Below, piece after piece: positions 37,504 to 48,284 of a DNA stretch of 64,000 nt. Position 1 is the stretch's first letter, and each line of letters opens with the position of its first letter. The position numbers and the translations under genes were made by a program. The DNA comes from Prorocentrum cordatum (Eukaryota). The DNA is taken from positions 1-64,000 of the forward strand of contig CAUYUJ010000086.1 in the NCBI GenBank assembly GCA_963575745.1, given 5' to 3'. Below the pieces are notes generated by a model that saw only the letters and a list, made by a program, of their open reading frames with translations, was not told where the DNA came from and did not search any database.

Positions 37504-38223
37504 ACCTCGTAGAGCTCTTCGGCAAGATGAGCTAAGAGAAATTCATTCGCAGGTGGAGCTAGTTGGCCGATTCGACCTTAAGAGACAATGTGGCCACTTG
37601 GGGTCGGTTATCCAATCTCTGTGCAAAATTTGGAAGTTCGTTTTAGAAACAGGTATTTTTCCTACCTGTAGCGGGTTTGCCGCGTCTGCCAAATTCCCAG
37701 GTCGGTAGCTGTAATATTACTATGAAAAGACTTGAGGGAACCATCGGCCGTTTCGAGTCATCGTGACACGCGTTGACGCTTTTCTGTACCTAACTCGAGA
37801 TTTAGGAGAGCTACAGAGCTGATGCTTACATAAATCGATTCAGAATCATCAGGCGCGTTCGTCTGTCGCATCGAGAGGTCTGAACTCGGTCTGCTGCTCG
37901 AGCTAGGCCCGCAAAACTATTTCTAATATACGATTATTTTGACGAGTGTTGTTGGTTTCCCTTAACCGAATATTTCGAAGAGCTACAGAGCTGGCACGCA
38001 TATTCACCGACCCAGTATCTCCCGGCGCGATTTTTCTCGCATCGAGAGGTCCGAACTCGTTCTGGCAGCCAGGTCCACGAAGCGAAGATGCAAAATTTTA
38101 AAAATCATATTTACCGATATTTCTTCTTCACGCTTGAGAAATCTTCTTTCGTATGCTTCGAGCATAGAGGTCTACGAGGCTCCCGGCGGTTACCTGGTTG
38201 ACGGTTCACCGCCGGATCCCAGT
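37504..38223 (+). mobile_element. Family-B non-autonomous element (~720 bp)
   Basis: 5' acctcgtagagctc...gagctaagag and 3' gaggtctacgagg plus stem-loop plus cccagt. A near-identical copy lies at ~32776-33490. Confidence 0.75.
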
Positions 38224-38638
38224 CAGGGCATGCCCACTTTGCTCTCTGGGTTTTGGACGCTACCATTCGAGTCATCTTCACAGGCGCTCTCGGTTTTCTG
38301 TACTTAACTCGAGCTACAGGAGAGCTAAAGAGCTAATACGTACAAAATCTGATTCAGAATCATCAGTGGCCGTTGTCTGTTGAATCCAGAGCTCTGAACT
38401 CGGTCTGCTGCCCGATCTGGAATCGCGAAACTATTCGTATTGTTCGAGTCGCTTGCGAGATGCTGTCGTTTCTCTGCACTCAACTCTGGCTGGTAATCAC
38501 TGTAATCGATTCGGAGACATCAGTTGCGTTCGCCTGCGGAATCCAGAGCTTCGAACTCGGTCTGTTGCCCGAACTAGGTCCGCGAAACTATTCGTATTGT
38601 TCGAGTCATCCTGAGAGGTGCTGTCGGTTTCCTGCAGT

Positions 38639-39856
38639 AACTCGTAGAGCTTCCCTTAGCAAGTTATTGCTGGAAGCTTAAGAGTAATTCCGGGGCGCGC
38701 GGGAGAGCTAGTTGGCAAGGAAAATCTCGACGGACCTTTTGCTGACTTTTGGTCGGTTGAAAATTTTGTTCTCGAAATTCAACAATTCGTTTGAGCTCTA
38801 GTATTTTTTTCCCGTGATATTCAATCTCATTCCCGCTCGCCATCTAGATCTCAGCTCGATCGGGTACCTTTTACTGCCAAAAAGCACACGGGCGGGATCG
38901 GCCGTTTCGAGTCATCTTGTCACGCGCTGTCGGTTTTCTCAAGATAACTCGAGCTTCAGGACAGCTACAGAGCTGGTAAGCACAGCTAATCGATTCAGAA
39001 TGATCAGGCGTGTTCGCCTGTTGAAGCCAGAGGTCTGAATTCGGTCTGCTAGCCGAGCTAGATCCGCAAACCTATTCGTATTATTCGAGTCATCTTGACA
39101 GACGCTCTCGGTTTTCTGTACTTAACTCGAGCTTCAGGACAGCTAAAGAGCTGATACGTACAGAATCTGATTCAGAATCATCAGTGGCCGTTGTCTGTCG
39201 AATCCAGAGCTCTGAACTCGGTCTGCTGCCCGATCTAGAATCGCGAAACTATTGGTATTGTTCGAGTCGCTTGCGAGATGCTGTCGGTTCTCTGCACTTA
39301 ACTCGGGCTGTAGGGTGGCTGCATGGCTGGTAATCACTGGAATCGATTCGGAGACATCAGGCGCGTTCGCCTGCGGGATCCAGAGCTGCGAACTCGGTCT
39401 GTCGCCCAAACTAGGCTCGCGAAACTATTCGTATTGTTCGAATCATCCTGAGAGGTGCTGTCGGTGCACTTAACTCGGCTGCAGGGGGGGCTGCAGGCTG
39501 GTAATCACAGGGATCGATTCAGAGACATCAGACGCGTCCGCCTGTCGCATGCAGAGGTCTGAACTCTGTCTGATACTCGAACTAGGTTTGCCAAACTATT
39601 CGTATTGTTCGAGTCATCTTGAGAGGTTCTGTCGATATACGCACGTAACTCGGCCTGTAGGAGAGCTACAGAGCTCGTACAGAAGACAGTCTAGAAGCAT
39701 CGGGGGCGGTCGGCTGTTGCATCCGAGAGGTCTCAAATTGCCTGGGCTGGAAAACTATTATGTCTGTGTAATTTCTTTCGACATTATATGTTGTCAGGAA
39801 GCTCTACGAGTCCCCCGGCGGTAACAAAGGTTGACGGTTTACCGCCGGCGCCCAGT
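38639..39856 (+). mobile_element. Complete family-A non-autonomous element (~1.2 kb)
   Basis: Same 15-bp subTIR pair, 5' hairpin agcttcc...ggaagct, four to five ~177-bp internal repeats and a 3' stem-loop ending cccagt. Confidence 0.85.
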
Positions 39857-40194
39857 GTTGGTCGACCCGGCCAGAAAGGACAAAGTGGTAACTTTTGGGT
39901 GGTTTTGCAATTTTTTGAAAGATATTTGACAATTCATTTTGAGAAAGCAGATTTTTCGATCTGTAAACGATCATGAGGGCCTCTCCGTCTTAATATGAGC
40001 TCTGTAGGCGCACTTTTACTATCAGAACACTTGGAGGAACCAACTTCTTGTCGACGTCAAAAAAAACAATGTTGTTTTTTTCGAGAAACGCCTCCAGGAG
40101 CTCACTCTTTCGACTCTGAGCACTCTCGCGCGTGAAAGGAGCTCTACGAGGTTCCCGGCGGTGACTAGGTTGACGGTTCACCGCCGGCGCCAGT

Positions 40195-40583
40195 CCCTCG
40201 TAGAGCTCTTCGTCATCGATGAGCTAGAGGAATTCCGGCGCGGGGTGGAGCTAGTTGGTCGAAAAGACAAAGTGGTATTTTTGGGTCGGTTTTGCGAATA
40301 TTTGAAAGGTATTTGACAATTCATTCCAAGAAAGCAGATTTTTACTCCGAGCATTAGTATCTCAACTTTATTCTGCGAGCAGCTCAGCTCTTTCGAGACA
40401 GTTTTACTATCCAAACATTTGGAGGAACCGACGTCACGTTGACACCGAGAAATGCAAATATGATGTTTTTCTAGAAATGCTCTGAGAAGCGGTCTGCTTT
40501 AAATCTGAGCATTCTTCCGCGCGCAAGGAGCTCTACGAGGTTCTCGGCGGTGACCAGGTTGACGGTTCACCGCCGGCGCCAGT
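40195..40583 (+). mobile_element. Short family-B non-autonomous element (~390 bp)
   Basis: 5' cctcgtagagctc and 3' gagctctacgagg form a 13-bp IR, followed by the 3' stem-loop and ccagt. It sits head-to-tail directly after the element ending at 40194. Confidence 0.75.
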
Positions 40584-43500
40584 AGAAGCTTAAAGTAATT
40601 CCGGGGCGCTGGAGAGCTAGTTCGCAAGAAAAATCTCGACGGAGCTTTTGATGACTTTTGGTCGGTTGAAAATGCCTCGTAGAGCTCTTCGGCATCGATG
40701 AGCTAGAGGAATTCTGGCGCGGAGTAGAGCTCGTTGGCCGAGCCGGCCGAGGCGGACAATGTGGCAACTTTTGTGTGGTTATGCGTAAATTTGGAGGATA
40801 TTTGCCTCTTCATTTTGAGAAGGCAGATTTTTGCGCGTCGCATTGGCATGAGAACTGCGCTCTGACAGCAGCTCAGCTCTCTCGATCTAGTATTTTTCCC
40901 GTGATATTCGATCTTATTCCCGCTCGCCATCTTGATCTCAGCTCGATCGGATACCTTTTACTGCCAAAAAGCACACGGGCGGGATCAGCCTCTTCGAGTC
41001 ATCTTGATACGCGGTGACGGTTTTCTCAAGATAACTCGAGCTTCAGAACATCTTCAGAGCTGGTAAGCACAGCTAATCGATTCAGAATGATCAGGCGCGT
41101 TCGCCTGAATCCAGAGGTCTGAACTCGGTCTGCTAGCCGAGCTAGGTCCGCAAACCTATTCGTATTATTCGAGTCATCTTGACAGACGCTCTCGGTTTTC
41201 TGTACTTACTCGAGATAGAGGAGAGCTGATACGTACAGAATCTGATTCAGAATCATCAGTGGCCGTTTTCGGTTGAATTCAGAGCTCTGAACTCGGTCTG
41301 CTGCCCGATCTAGAATCGCAAAACTATTCGTATTGTTCGAGTCATCTTGAGAGATGGTCTCGGTTCTCTGCACTTAACTCGGGCTGTAGGGGGGCGGCAT
41401 GGCTGGTAATCACAAGAATCGGTTCAGAGACATCAGGCGCGTCCGCCTCGAATCCAGAGCTCCGAACTCTGTCTGCTGCCCGAACTGGGTCTGCGAAACT
41501 ATTCTATTCGTATTGTTCGAGTCATCCTGAGAGATGCTGTCGGTTTCCTGCACTTAACTCGGCTGTAGGGGGGGCTGCAGGGCTGGTAATCACAGGAATC
41601 GAGAAGCATCGGGGGCGTTCGGCTGTTGCACCCGAAAGGTCTGGAATTGCTTGGGTGAAAAACATTTTTTTCGTAATTTTTTCCACATTATATGTTGTCA
41701 GGAAGCTCTACGAGCCCCCTGGCGGTAACCAAGGTTGACGGTTTACCGCCGGCGCCCAGTTGGCCGACCCGACCAGAAAGGACAAAGTGGTGACTTTGGG
41801 TCGGTTTTGCGCAGATGAAAGATATTTGACCATTCATTTTGAGAGAGCAGACTTTTACGCCGAGCATTGGCATATGAACTCCTCTCTGATAGCAGCTCAG
41901 CTCTCCCGATGTAATTTCTTGAGAGTTGACTTCCCGGAACTGAGCGAATATGTGAACATCGAAAAAATCGAAAATCAAGATTTTCGAAAAATCTCTATTT
42001 CGTGCCTCTACTTTGATTCTCAGCACTCTTATCAGTGTACGGAGCTCTACGAGGTTCCCGGCGGTGACTAGGTTGACGGTTCACCGCCCGCGCCAGTAAT
42101 TCCGGGGCGCTGGAGAGCTAGTTGCAAGAAAAATCTCGACGGACCTTTTGGTGACTTTGGTCGGTTGAAAATTCTGTTCTCGAAATTCAACCATTCGTTA
42201 GAGCTCTTGTATTTTTTCCCGTGATATTCGATCTTATTCCCGCTCGCCATCTTGATCTCAGCTCGATCGGATACCTTTTACTGCCAAAAAGCACACGGGC
42301 GGGATCAGCCTCTTCGAGTCATCTTGATACGCGGTGACGGTTTTCTCAAGATAACTCGAGCTTCAGAACATCTTCAGAGCTGGTAAGCACAGCTAATCGA
42401 TTCAGAATGATCAGGCGCGTTCGCCTGTTGAATCCAGAGGTCTGAACTCGGTCTGCTAGCCGAGCTAGGTCCGCAAACCTATTCGTATTATTCGAGTCAT
42501 CTTGACAGACGCTCTCGGTTTTCCGTACTCAACTCGAGCTACAGAACAGCTACAGAGCTATACGTACAGAATCTGATTCAGAATCATCAGTGGCCGTTGT
42601 CTGTTGAATCCAGAGTTCTGAACTCGGTCTGCTGCCCGATCTAGAATCGCGAAACTATTCGTATTGTTAGAGTCATCTTGAGAGATGCTGTCGGTTCTCT
42701 GCACTAAACTCGGGCTGTAGGGGGCTGCGTGGCTTGTAATCACCGGAATCGGCTCGGAGACATCAGGCGCGTCCGCCTTCCGAATCCAGAGCTCCGAACT
42801 CTGTCTGCTGCCCGAACTAGGTCCGCGAAGCTATTCGTATTGTTCGAGTTATCCTGAGAGGTGCTGTCGGTTTCCTGCACTGAACTCGGGCTGTAGGGGG
42901 GCTGCAGGGCTGGTAATCACAGGAATCGATTCAGAGACATCAGACGCGTCCGCCTGTCGCATGCAGAGGTCTGAACTCGGTCTGAGGTATGTTTGCGAAA
43001 CTATTCGTTTTGTTCGAGTGATCTTGAGAGGTGCTGTCGATTTACTCACGTAACTCGGGCCGTAGGAGAGCTACAGAGCTCGTACAGAAGACAATCCAGA
43101 AGCATCGGGGGCGTTCGGCTGTTGCATCCGAGAGGTTTGAAATTGCTTGGGCTGAAAACTATTTTTTCTATGAATTTTTTTTCGACATTATATGTTGTCA
43201 GGAAGCTCTTGGAGTCCCCCGGCGGTAACAAAGGTTGACGGTTTACCGCCGGCGCCCAGTCTTAAATCCCTTGGGCTGAAAAACTATTCGTTCTCTGCAA
43301 TTTTTTTGGAGATTATATATCAGGAAGCTCTACGAGTCCACCGGCGGTAAGAGAGGTTTACGGTTTACCGCCGGCGCCCAGATTTTTCAGGTCTGTAGCT
43401 GCAGTATTACTATCAAAACACTTGGGGGAACCGACGTGCGATAAAAACAGAAAACGTGATTTTTCGAGTTTCTCAGGTCTTGCACTAGACGCTTTCTTCA

Positions 43501-43699
43501 TGCTTACCGAGAAGGCGCCGTGTGAGGAAAGAACTCTACGAGGGGCCTGGCGGTAACCTGGTTGACGGTTGACCGCCGGTGCCCAGTTATTGCTGGAAGC
43601 TTAAGAGTAATTCCGGGGCGCTGGAGAGCTAGTTGGCATGATTGGCTCTACGAGTCCCCTGGCGGTAAGAAAGGTTGACGGTTTACCGCCGGCTGGGGC

Positions 43700-44390
43700 G
43701 CTCGCGCAGTCCATCGCGAAACGCTTGGCGCTGCTAGTTCCCGACGTGCTCGTTCTAGTGGACCTGCTGGTGGCGTTTCTGTTGCTGCGCGTGGTGTTGC
43801 TGCTTCCCGTCGTGCTGATTACAGTGGTACTGTTGGAGGTGCTTGTGTTGGCGTGCGTCGTGCTGTTGGATCCTGCCGTGCGCGTCACGGCGGTGCTGCT
43901 CCTTGCGCGTGTGCTGATGTGTGTCTGTGTGTGTGTGCTGTTGCTGCTTCTCGTCGTGATGGTCACACTTTCTACTGCTGGTTGCGCTTGAGTTGCTTCG
44001 CGCGGCGTTGTTGCTCCCAGTCATGCTCGTCACAGTGGCGCTGCTGGTGACACTGGTGCTGCTGCGTTTGGTGTTGCTGTTTGCTTTCGTTTTGGTCATG
44101 AAGTTGTTGCTGGTCGCGTTTGTGCTGTGTCGCGTGGTGCTGCTGCCCCATTCCCTATCGTGGTCGTCATACTGGTGCTGCTAGTGTCGCTGGTGCTGGT
44201 GCGCGTGGTGGTGGTGGTGCTGTTTGCTGTCGTGTTGATCAGAGAGGTATGTACTGCTGGAGTCGCTCGTGTTGCTTGCACTACTATTTCTGCTGTTGTT
44301 GGCGTTCGTGTTGTTGCTGCTGCGCATGGTTCTGCTGTTTCTGGCGCTGCTCGTCTCTGGTGCTGCTGGTTGCGCTAGAGCCAGTGCGCG
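43700..44390. repeat. Degenerate (GCT/GTG/GTT)n low-complexity tract
   Basis: Trinucleotide-like G/T-rich sequence that translates as poly-L/V. Confidence 0.8.
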
Positions 44391-44439
44391 TGTTCAGTGG
44401 GACACCTCGCCCATAATTGCGACGGATGTTGTCGCCTCA

Positions 44440-45045
44440 CGAGTGGCCACATCCACTATATCGACTCTCTGCTGGTCTTGGCCCAGGCCGCATCCAAGGT
44501 CGGGAATGTTGCTTTCGCCGCAGCGCAGGCCGCATCCATGATTGCGAATTTTGCTTTCGCATCTTCGCCGGCCACGTCAATGATTGCGAACGCTGCTATC
44601 GCTTCAGTGCCAGCCACATCCGTTATTGCGAACGTCAGTCTTGCCTCAGCGCCAGTCATATCCACGTCTACGACGGCTGCTATCGCTTCAGCGGCAGCCG
44701 TATCCATGATAGCGAGCGTTGCTCTCGGCTCAACGCCGGCCACGCCCATGATTGCGAGTATTGCTGTCGCCTTGGCGCCGGCAGCATCCACGATTGCGAA
44801 TGTGGTTCTCCCTTCAGCGCCGGCCGAATTTTTCTCGGTTTAGAGCCGGCCGCATCTATGATGGCAAATGTTGCTGTCGCTTCAGCGCCGGCCACACCCA
44901 CGATCACGAAAATTACGCTCGCCACAGCGACGGCCACATCCACGATTGCGAAAGTTGCTCTCGCCCCAGCGCCGGCCACATCCATGATTGAGAATGTTGC
45001 TCTCGCCACAGCGCCGGCCACATCCATGATTGCCTCAGCGCCAGT
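44440..45045. repeat. 42-bp minisatellite, ~14 diverged copies
   Basis: Unit approximately cagcgccggccacatccatgattgcgaatgttgctctcgcct, translating as ASAPATSMIANVAL repeats. The frame breaks at ~44830. Confidence 0.85.
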
Positions 45046-45345
45046 CAGATCCGTCATTGGAAACGAAGAGGGATTAGTGACACAGTGGGCATTTTTGCAT
45101 TGCATGTTGCCGTGTCGCCCCGTTCTGGTGCATCATTTGCTACAGCGCGCGCGTGACACACAAGTGTCGCCGAGCCGCTGGCCACGTTAACTTTAATGGG
45201 TCAGGTTAGCTTTGGCGCAGTGTCGACGGTTAGGGTAGGGATTGGCTATGTTAGGAGGGGGGATTGTACAGAGCTAAAGCGACCAGCACGAGTTAGGTGT
45301 CCCTGGGGCCCCATGACACCAAGCCATGTCGAAATGAAGAGGCCC

Positions 45346-45406
45346 CCGTAATTAGCCATTTTGTTGGATCAAGTAGCAGTTTTGCTTCAACGTAGTCTTG
45401 CTCGAG
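45346..45406 (+). other. Relic dinoflagellate spliced-leader-like motifs (2-3 tandem, degenerate)
   Basis: ccgta-at-tagccatttt-gtt-ggatcaag resembles DCCGTAGCCATTTTGGCTCAAG. It is followed by tagcagttttgcttcaa and gtcttgctcgag, about 20 bp upstream of an ATG. Confidence 0.5.
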
Positions 45407-45425
45407 TTTGTGTTTGGCTTGGGTC

Positions 45426-46253
45426 ATGATTTCCGTAGGAGCAGAAAGGCGCGCGTGCGCTCTGGGGATCATGTACTCCATCAGTTTCTTGATTGGTATT
45501 TGTTTTTTTTTGCAAGGCATTGCCCTGGCCATCAATGCATCAGCGTTACTATCATTGCTGTGCACATGCGAAGCTCTCATTACGGCCTGGCCAACAATCA
45601 AAAAGTCGTGGCAAGATTATATCGCTCCCGTCTGTGCATTATATGACGCAGTCATTGCTGTAGCATGTGCGCTGTTTCCCGCAGTTCATCCATCATTCAA
45701 GTCAAACTGTTTCGCTTATTGGTCAGAGGTCAGTTTGCTGGGGATCGCACCATCTAGTACAGAGCAAGTCCAGCTTCTTGGGGTAATATGTTGTTGCAAA
45801 GCCTTTTTCACGTGTACAGTGACCAACCAGGAACCTGGTTCTTGCAAATCGCGTCTTGTGAGAATATGTGTTGCTGTTGCTGCGTTGGTGTTGTTCTGGT
45901 TGTTCATGCTTGTACTGTGCCTGACTGGAAACGGCTACTCCGTGGTATCGCTAATCGAAGACGGACTTGCGTCATATCAAGACTTGCCTTGGCAAATCGG
46001 TGTTTTGAAGGAAGGCGCATTTCGCATGAACGACCCTATGCCAAGAGAACTGGAGAGGTTGGGCGACTGGCTTCCGAACAGTGTTACATTCGCACATGAA
46101 CGCATGGTATCCAATCCGCAATTGGTGTTGCCTCTTGATCATATTTTAAATAATGGCAACAATGATTCCACAGGCTTACGCCACATCCGCCGACCCCTCT
46201 GTAAACTACTGCGCCTCCAGGACTGCATTCCACGAGGCTTGTTCGAATCATGA
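45426..46253 (+). CDS. Hypothetical multi-pass membrane protein, intronless, possible retrogene or retropseudogene
   Basis: Non-repetitive ~275-codon ORF with several hydrophobic segments and lower GC than its flanks, preceded by SL-like relics. No family recognised. Confidence 0.45.
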   Translation: MISVGAERRACALGIMYSISFLIGICFFLQGIALAINASALLSLLCTCEALITAWPTIKKSWQDYIAPVCALYDAVIAVACALFPAVHPSFKSNCFAYWSEVSLLGIAPSSTEQVQLLGVICCCKAFFTCTVTNQEPGSCKSRLVRICVAVAALVLFWLFMLVLCLTGNGYSVVSLIEDGLASYQDLPWQIGVLKEGAFRMNDPMPRELERLGDWLPNSVTFAHERMVSNPQLVLPLDHILNNGNNDSTGLRHIRRPLCKLLRLQDCIPRGLFES

Positions 46254-46489
46254 CACGGCGCTCGGCATCGTTCCTGTTGCCTCGTTGCTGTCATCGTATT
46301 TTCCGGGACCCAAGCTTCGTATTTTCTGTCGCCGCGGCTAGACGCGGCTCGAAAATCCAATGCGTTCGGACTCCAAGGGGGGTCCAGGGTCTGTTGTCTG
46401 CCACCTCTCGGGCAGAATTCCGCAGCCGGGGCGAGGAAAAGTAGCAAGAATGTGTCAAGTTCAGGGTAGTGTGTGGCACGCTTTGGGAT

Positions 46490-47262
46490 GTCCGTTGGGA
46501 TCTCGTGGCGAGGATTCTCGCGGGCCTCTTCGAGGCAGTTTCGAAGGGTTTTGGGGGCCGTTTTGGGGATTCTTTTGGGTCTCTTGGGGGCTCCTTGGGG
46601 TTTCTTGGGTGCCTCATGGGGGCCTCTTGGGGCCGCTTGGGGGCCTCTTGGGTCCTCCGGAGAGCTTCGTTGGGCGGAGCGCTGGAATTCGCGGTTCGTT
46701 GTCCCTCTTTTGAGCCCTTCTTGGGGCCGTCTTGGAGCTCTCTTGGGCCGTCTAGGGCGCCTCTTGGGCCACGCTGGAGTTCTTTTGGGTTGTCTTTGGG
46801 GCTTCCTGGGAGCCTCGTGGGCCGAGGGGCCTCGTTGGTGCCTCGTGGACTGTTTTCAACGCCGTGAAGGCTAACAAGTTGGATATGCTGAAAATGCACG
46901 TTTTCCCAAAGGAAATTTCAAGATTTTAGTTTCTTCGGGGCTTCTTGGGAGGCCTCGTGGGGTGTCTTGGCGGCCTCTTGGGCCGTTTTGAGCTCATCTT
47001 GGGCGTCTTGAAACGATCTTTCGGCGACTTTGGGTTCTCGTGGACCGTCTTGGCGGCTTCTTGGGAGGCGTCAAGTGCTGTCGTGCAGCTCAAGAGCGAG
47101 CCCAGGGAGCCCAGACCGCCCCAGGTGAGTTCGGTCCGGGGCCACCTGGGGCCGGGTGTGTGTGTGTGTGTGTGTCAAAATCCCGGTTTGGGTTCCCTGG
47201 GGGGGGATTGTTGGGGGGGAACAATCACACACGCCTGGAGACCCACAAGGGGTCGGCGGATT
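46490..47262 (+). repeat. Dispersed repeat built from degenerate ~11-bp gggcctcttgg/ggccgtcttgg units
   Basis: Shares the A-rich spacer atatgctgaaaatgcacgtttt with the copy at ~63019 and ends cacacgcc...gggtcggcggatt. Confidence 0.75.
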
Positions 47263-48284
47263 CATGGCACATCTTATCGCTACGCAATGGCACTTCCGTC
47301 GTAAACAACGTCAACGACCCAATGTTTCACGATCGGATCCCTTTGCGACTCCTCCTGGGTTATTGCCAGGATGCCGATTTATTTTTCCAACGAATGACAT
47401 GCGGCTTACGCCCTGGACACAACATACAGCAAACGCGGTGGACTATGTTGAGGAGATTCCTTCCTGGCATCACTTTAGTTGGTTTTGACTCACGTTTTGG
47501 ATTCGGTCATGACCTCGCCAATTCGTTCCCAATGCTTAACTTATCACTGCGAATTGCTGCTGAGCTTCATAGCATCACTGGGTTTACTGCCAACATTTTG
47601 TGTAGGCCCAGACTTTGCATGTGGGTGCGTGGTGTTTATGCAGCATCGCAGGCCCCATTTACATTGATCGAAGTGGATGAGCTCCAGTTCATGCATGGAT
47701 ATCATTTGCAGCATGGGTTGATTCCAATCTTTATGGCAAGGCAATTCGACTCGCAAGGTGGGGGCCATTACCCTGTGACGTCGTTCGACTTCGCAGACTT
47801 TCTTTTCAAAGGGGATTCAAATCCACCAAACGCCTATGTGATCTTGGTCTCGAGGCAGCACATGTCTACACGAAACTTTCCTTCGAAGCAATGGTATGAT
47901 TTTGTGAACTTATTGAATGCATCTTTATTGCAACTCCAGGCACCTTTGTCCTTGAGCATTTTTCAGTATCCTGTCTCGATGGCCGCTGATGCCTCTTTGT
48001 TCCGCGGCGCGCGTGCCGTGGTTGGGGTGCACGGATCTGCATTCACAAACATTGTGTTTTGTCGACCGGGTACTGTGATAGTTGAGGTCGAAGGCAGCAG
48101 CGATGACAGCTTCATGCAACATGATGCTGCAATAGCATATGCGCGCCGTTTCATTCATTATGCTTACACCGATGATGAGTTCGACCAATATACAGGGGTT
48201 TTCACGCATTTTAATTTATCCAGGTTCGCCCAATTTGTCGTGGACGCCATGGTCGCTAACAACGTTTCACAAAAGGGACGTTGA
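47262..48284 (+). CDS. Glycosyltransferase family 61 (DUF563)-like protein, intronless here, 5' end obscured by a repeat
   Basis: LFRGARAVVGVHGSAFTNIVFCRPGTVIVEV (~48000-48090) matches the GT61 C-terminal signature, preceded by VILVSR...RNF. Unique sequence starts right after the repeat end ggcggat at ~47261. Confidence 0.75.
   Translation, partial: SWHILSLRNGTSVVNNVNDPMFHDRIPLRLLLGYCQDADLFFQRMTCGLRPGHNIQQTRWTMLRRFLPGITLVGFDSRFGFGHDLANSFPMLNLSLRIAAELHSITGFTANILCRPRLCMWVRGVYAASQAPFTLIEVDELQFMHGYHLQHGLIPIFMARQFDSQGGGHYPVTSFDFADFLFKGDSNPPNAYVILVSRQHMSTRNFPSKQWYDFVNLLNASLLQLQAPLSLSIFQYPVSMAADASLFRGARAVVGVHGSAFTNIVFCRPGTVIVEVEGSSDDSFMQHDAAIAYARRFIHYAYTDDEFDQYTGVFTHFNLSRFAQFVVDAMVANNVSQKGR

Larger units (their letters stand above)
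31321..43693. mobile_element. Nested cluster of non-autonomous Helentron-like (HINE/DINE-1-like) elements
   Basis: About 18 copies (one partial) of the 3' end (ga/aa)gctctacgag-N4-ccggcggtRa-loop-tYaccgccgg-cg(c)ccagt. Many 5' ends read (a/c)ctcgtagagct plus a hairpin. Internal ~177-bp repeats, both orientations, no coding capacity. Confidence 0.8.

Noticed and set aside
31374..43693. CRISPR array or integron attC cassette array reading of the recurring hairpin
   Set aside because: Spacing is irregular (about 55 bp to 1.6 kb), intervening DNA is itself repetitive and non-coding, both orientations occur, there is no cas or integrase gene, and the context is eukaryotic.
45195..45260. Telomere-like ttaggg motifs (also at ~19570)
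   Set aside because: Only isolated or degenerate units, with no array.
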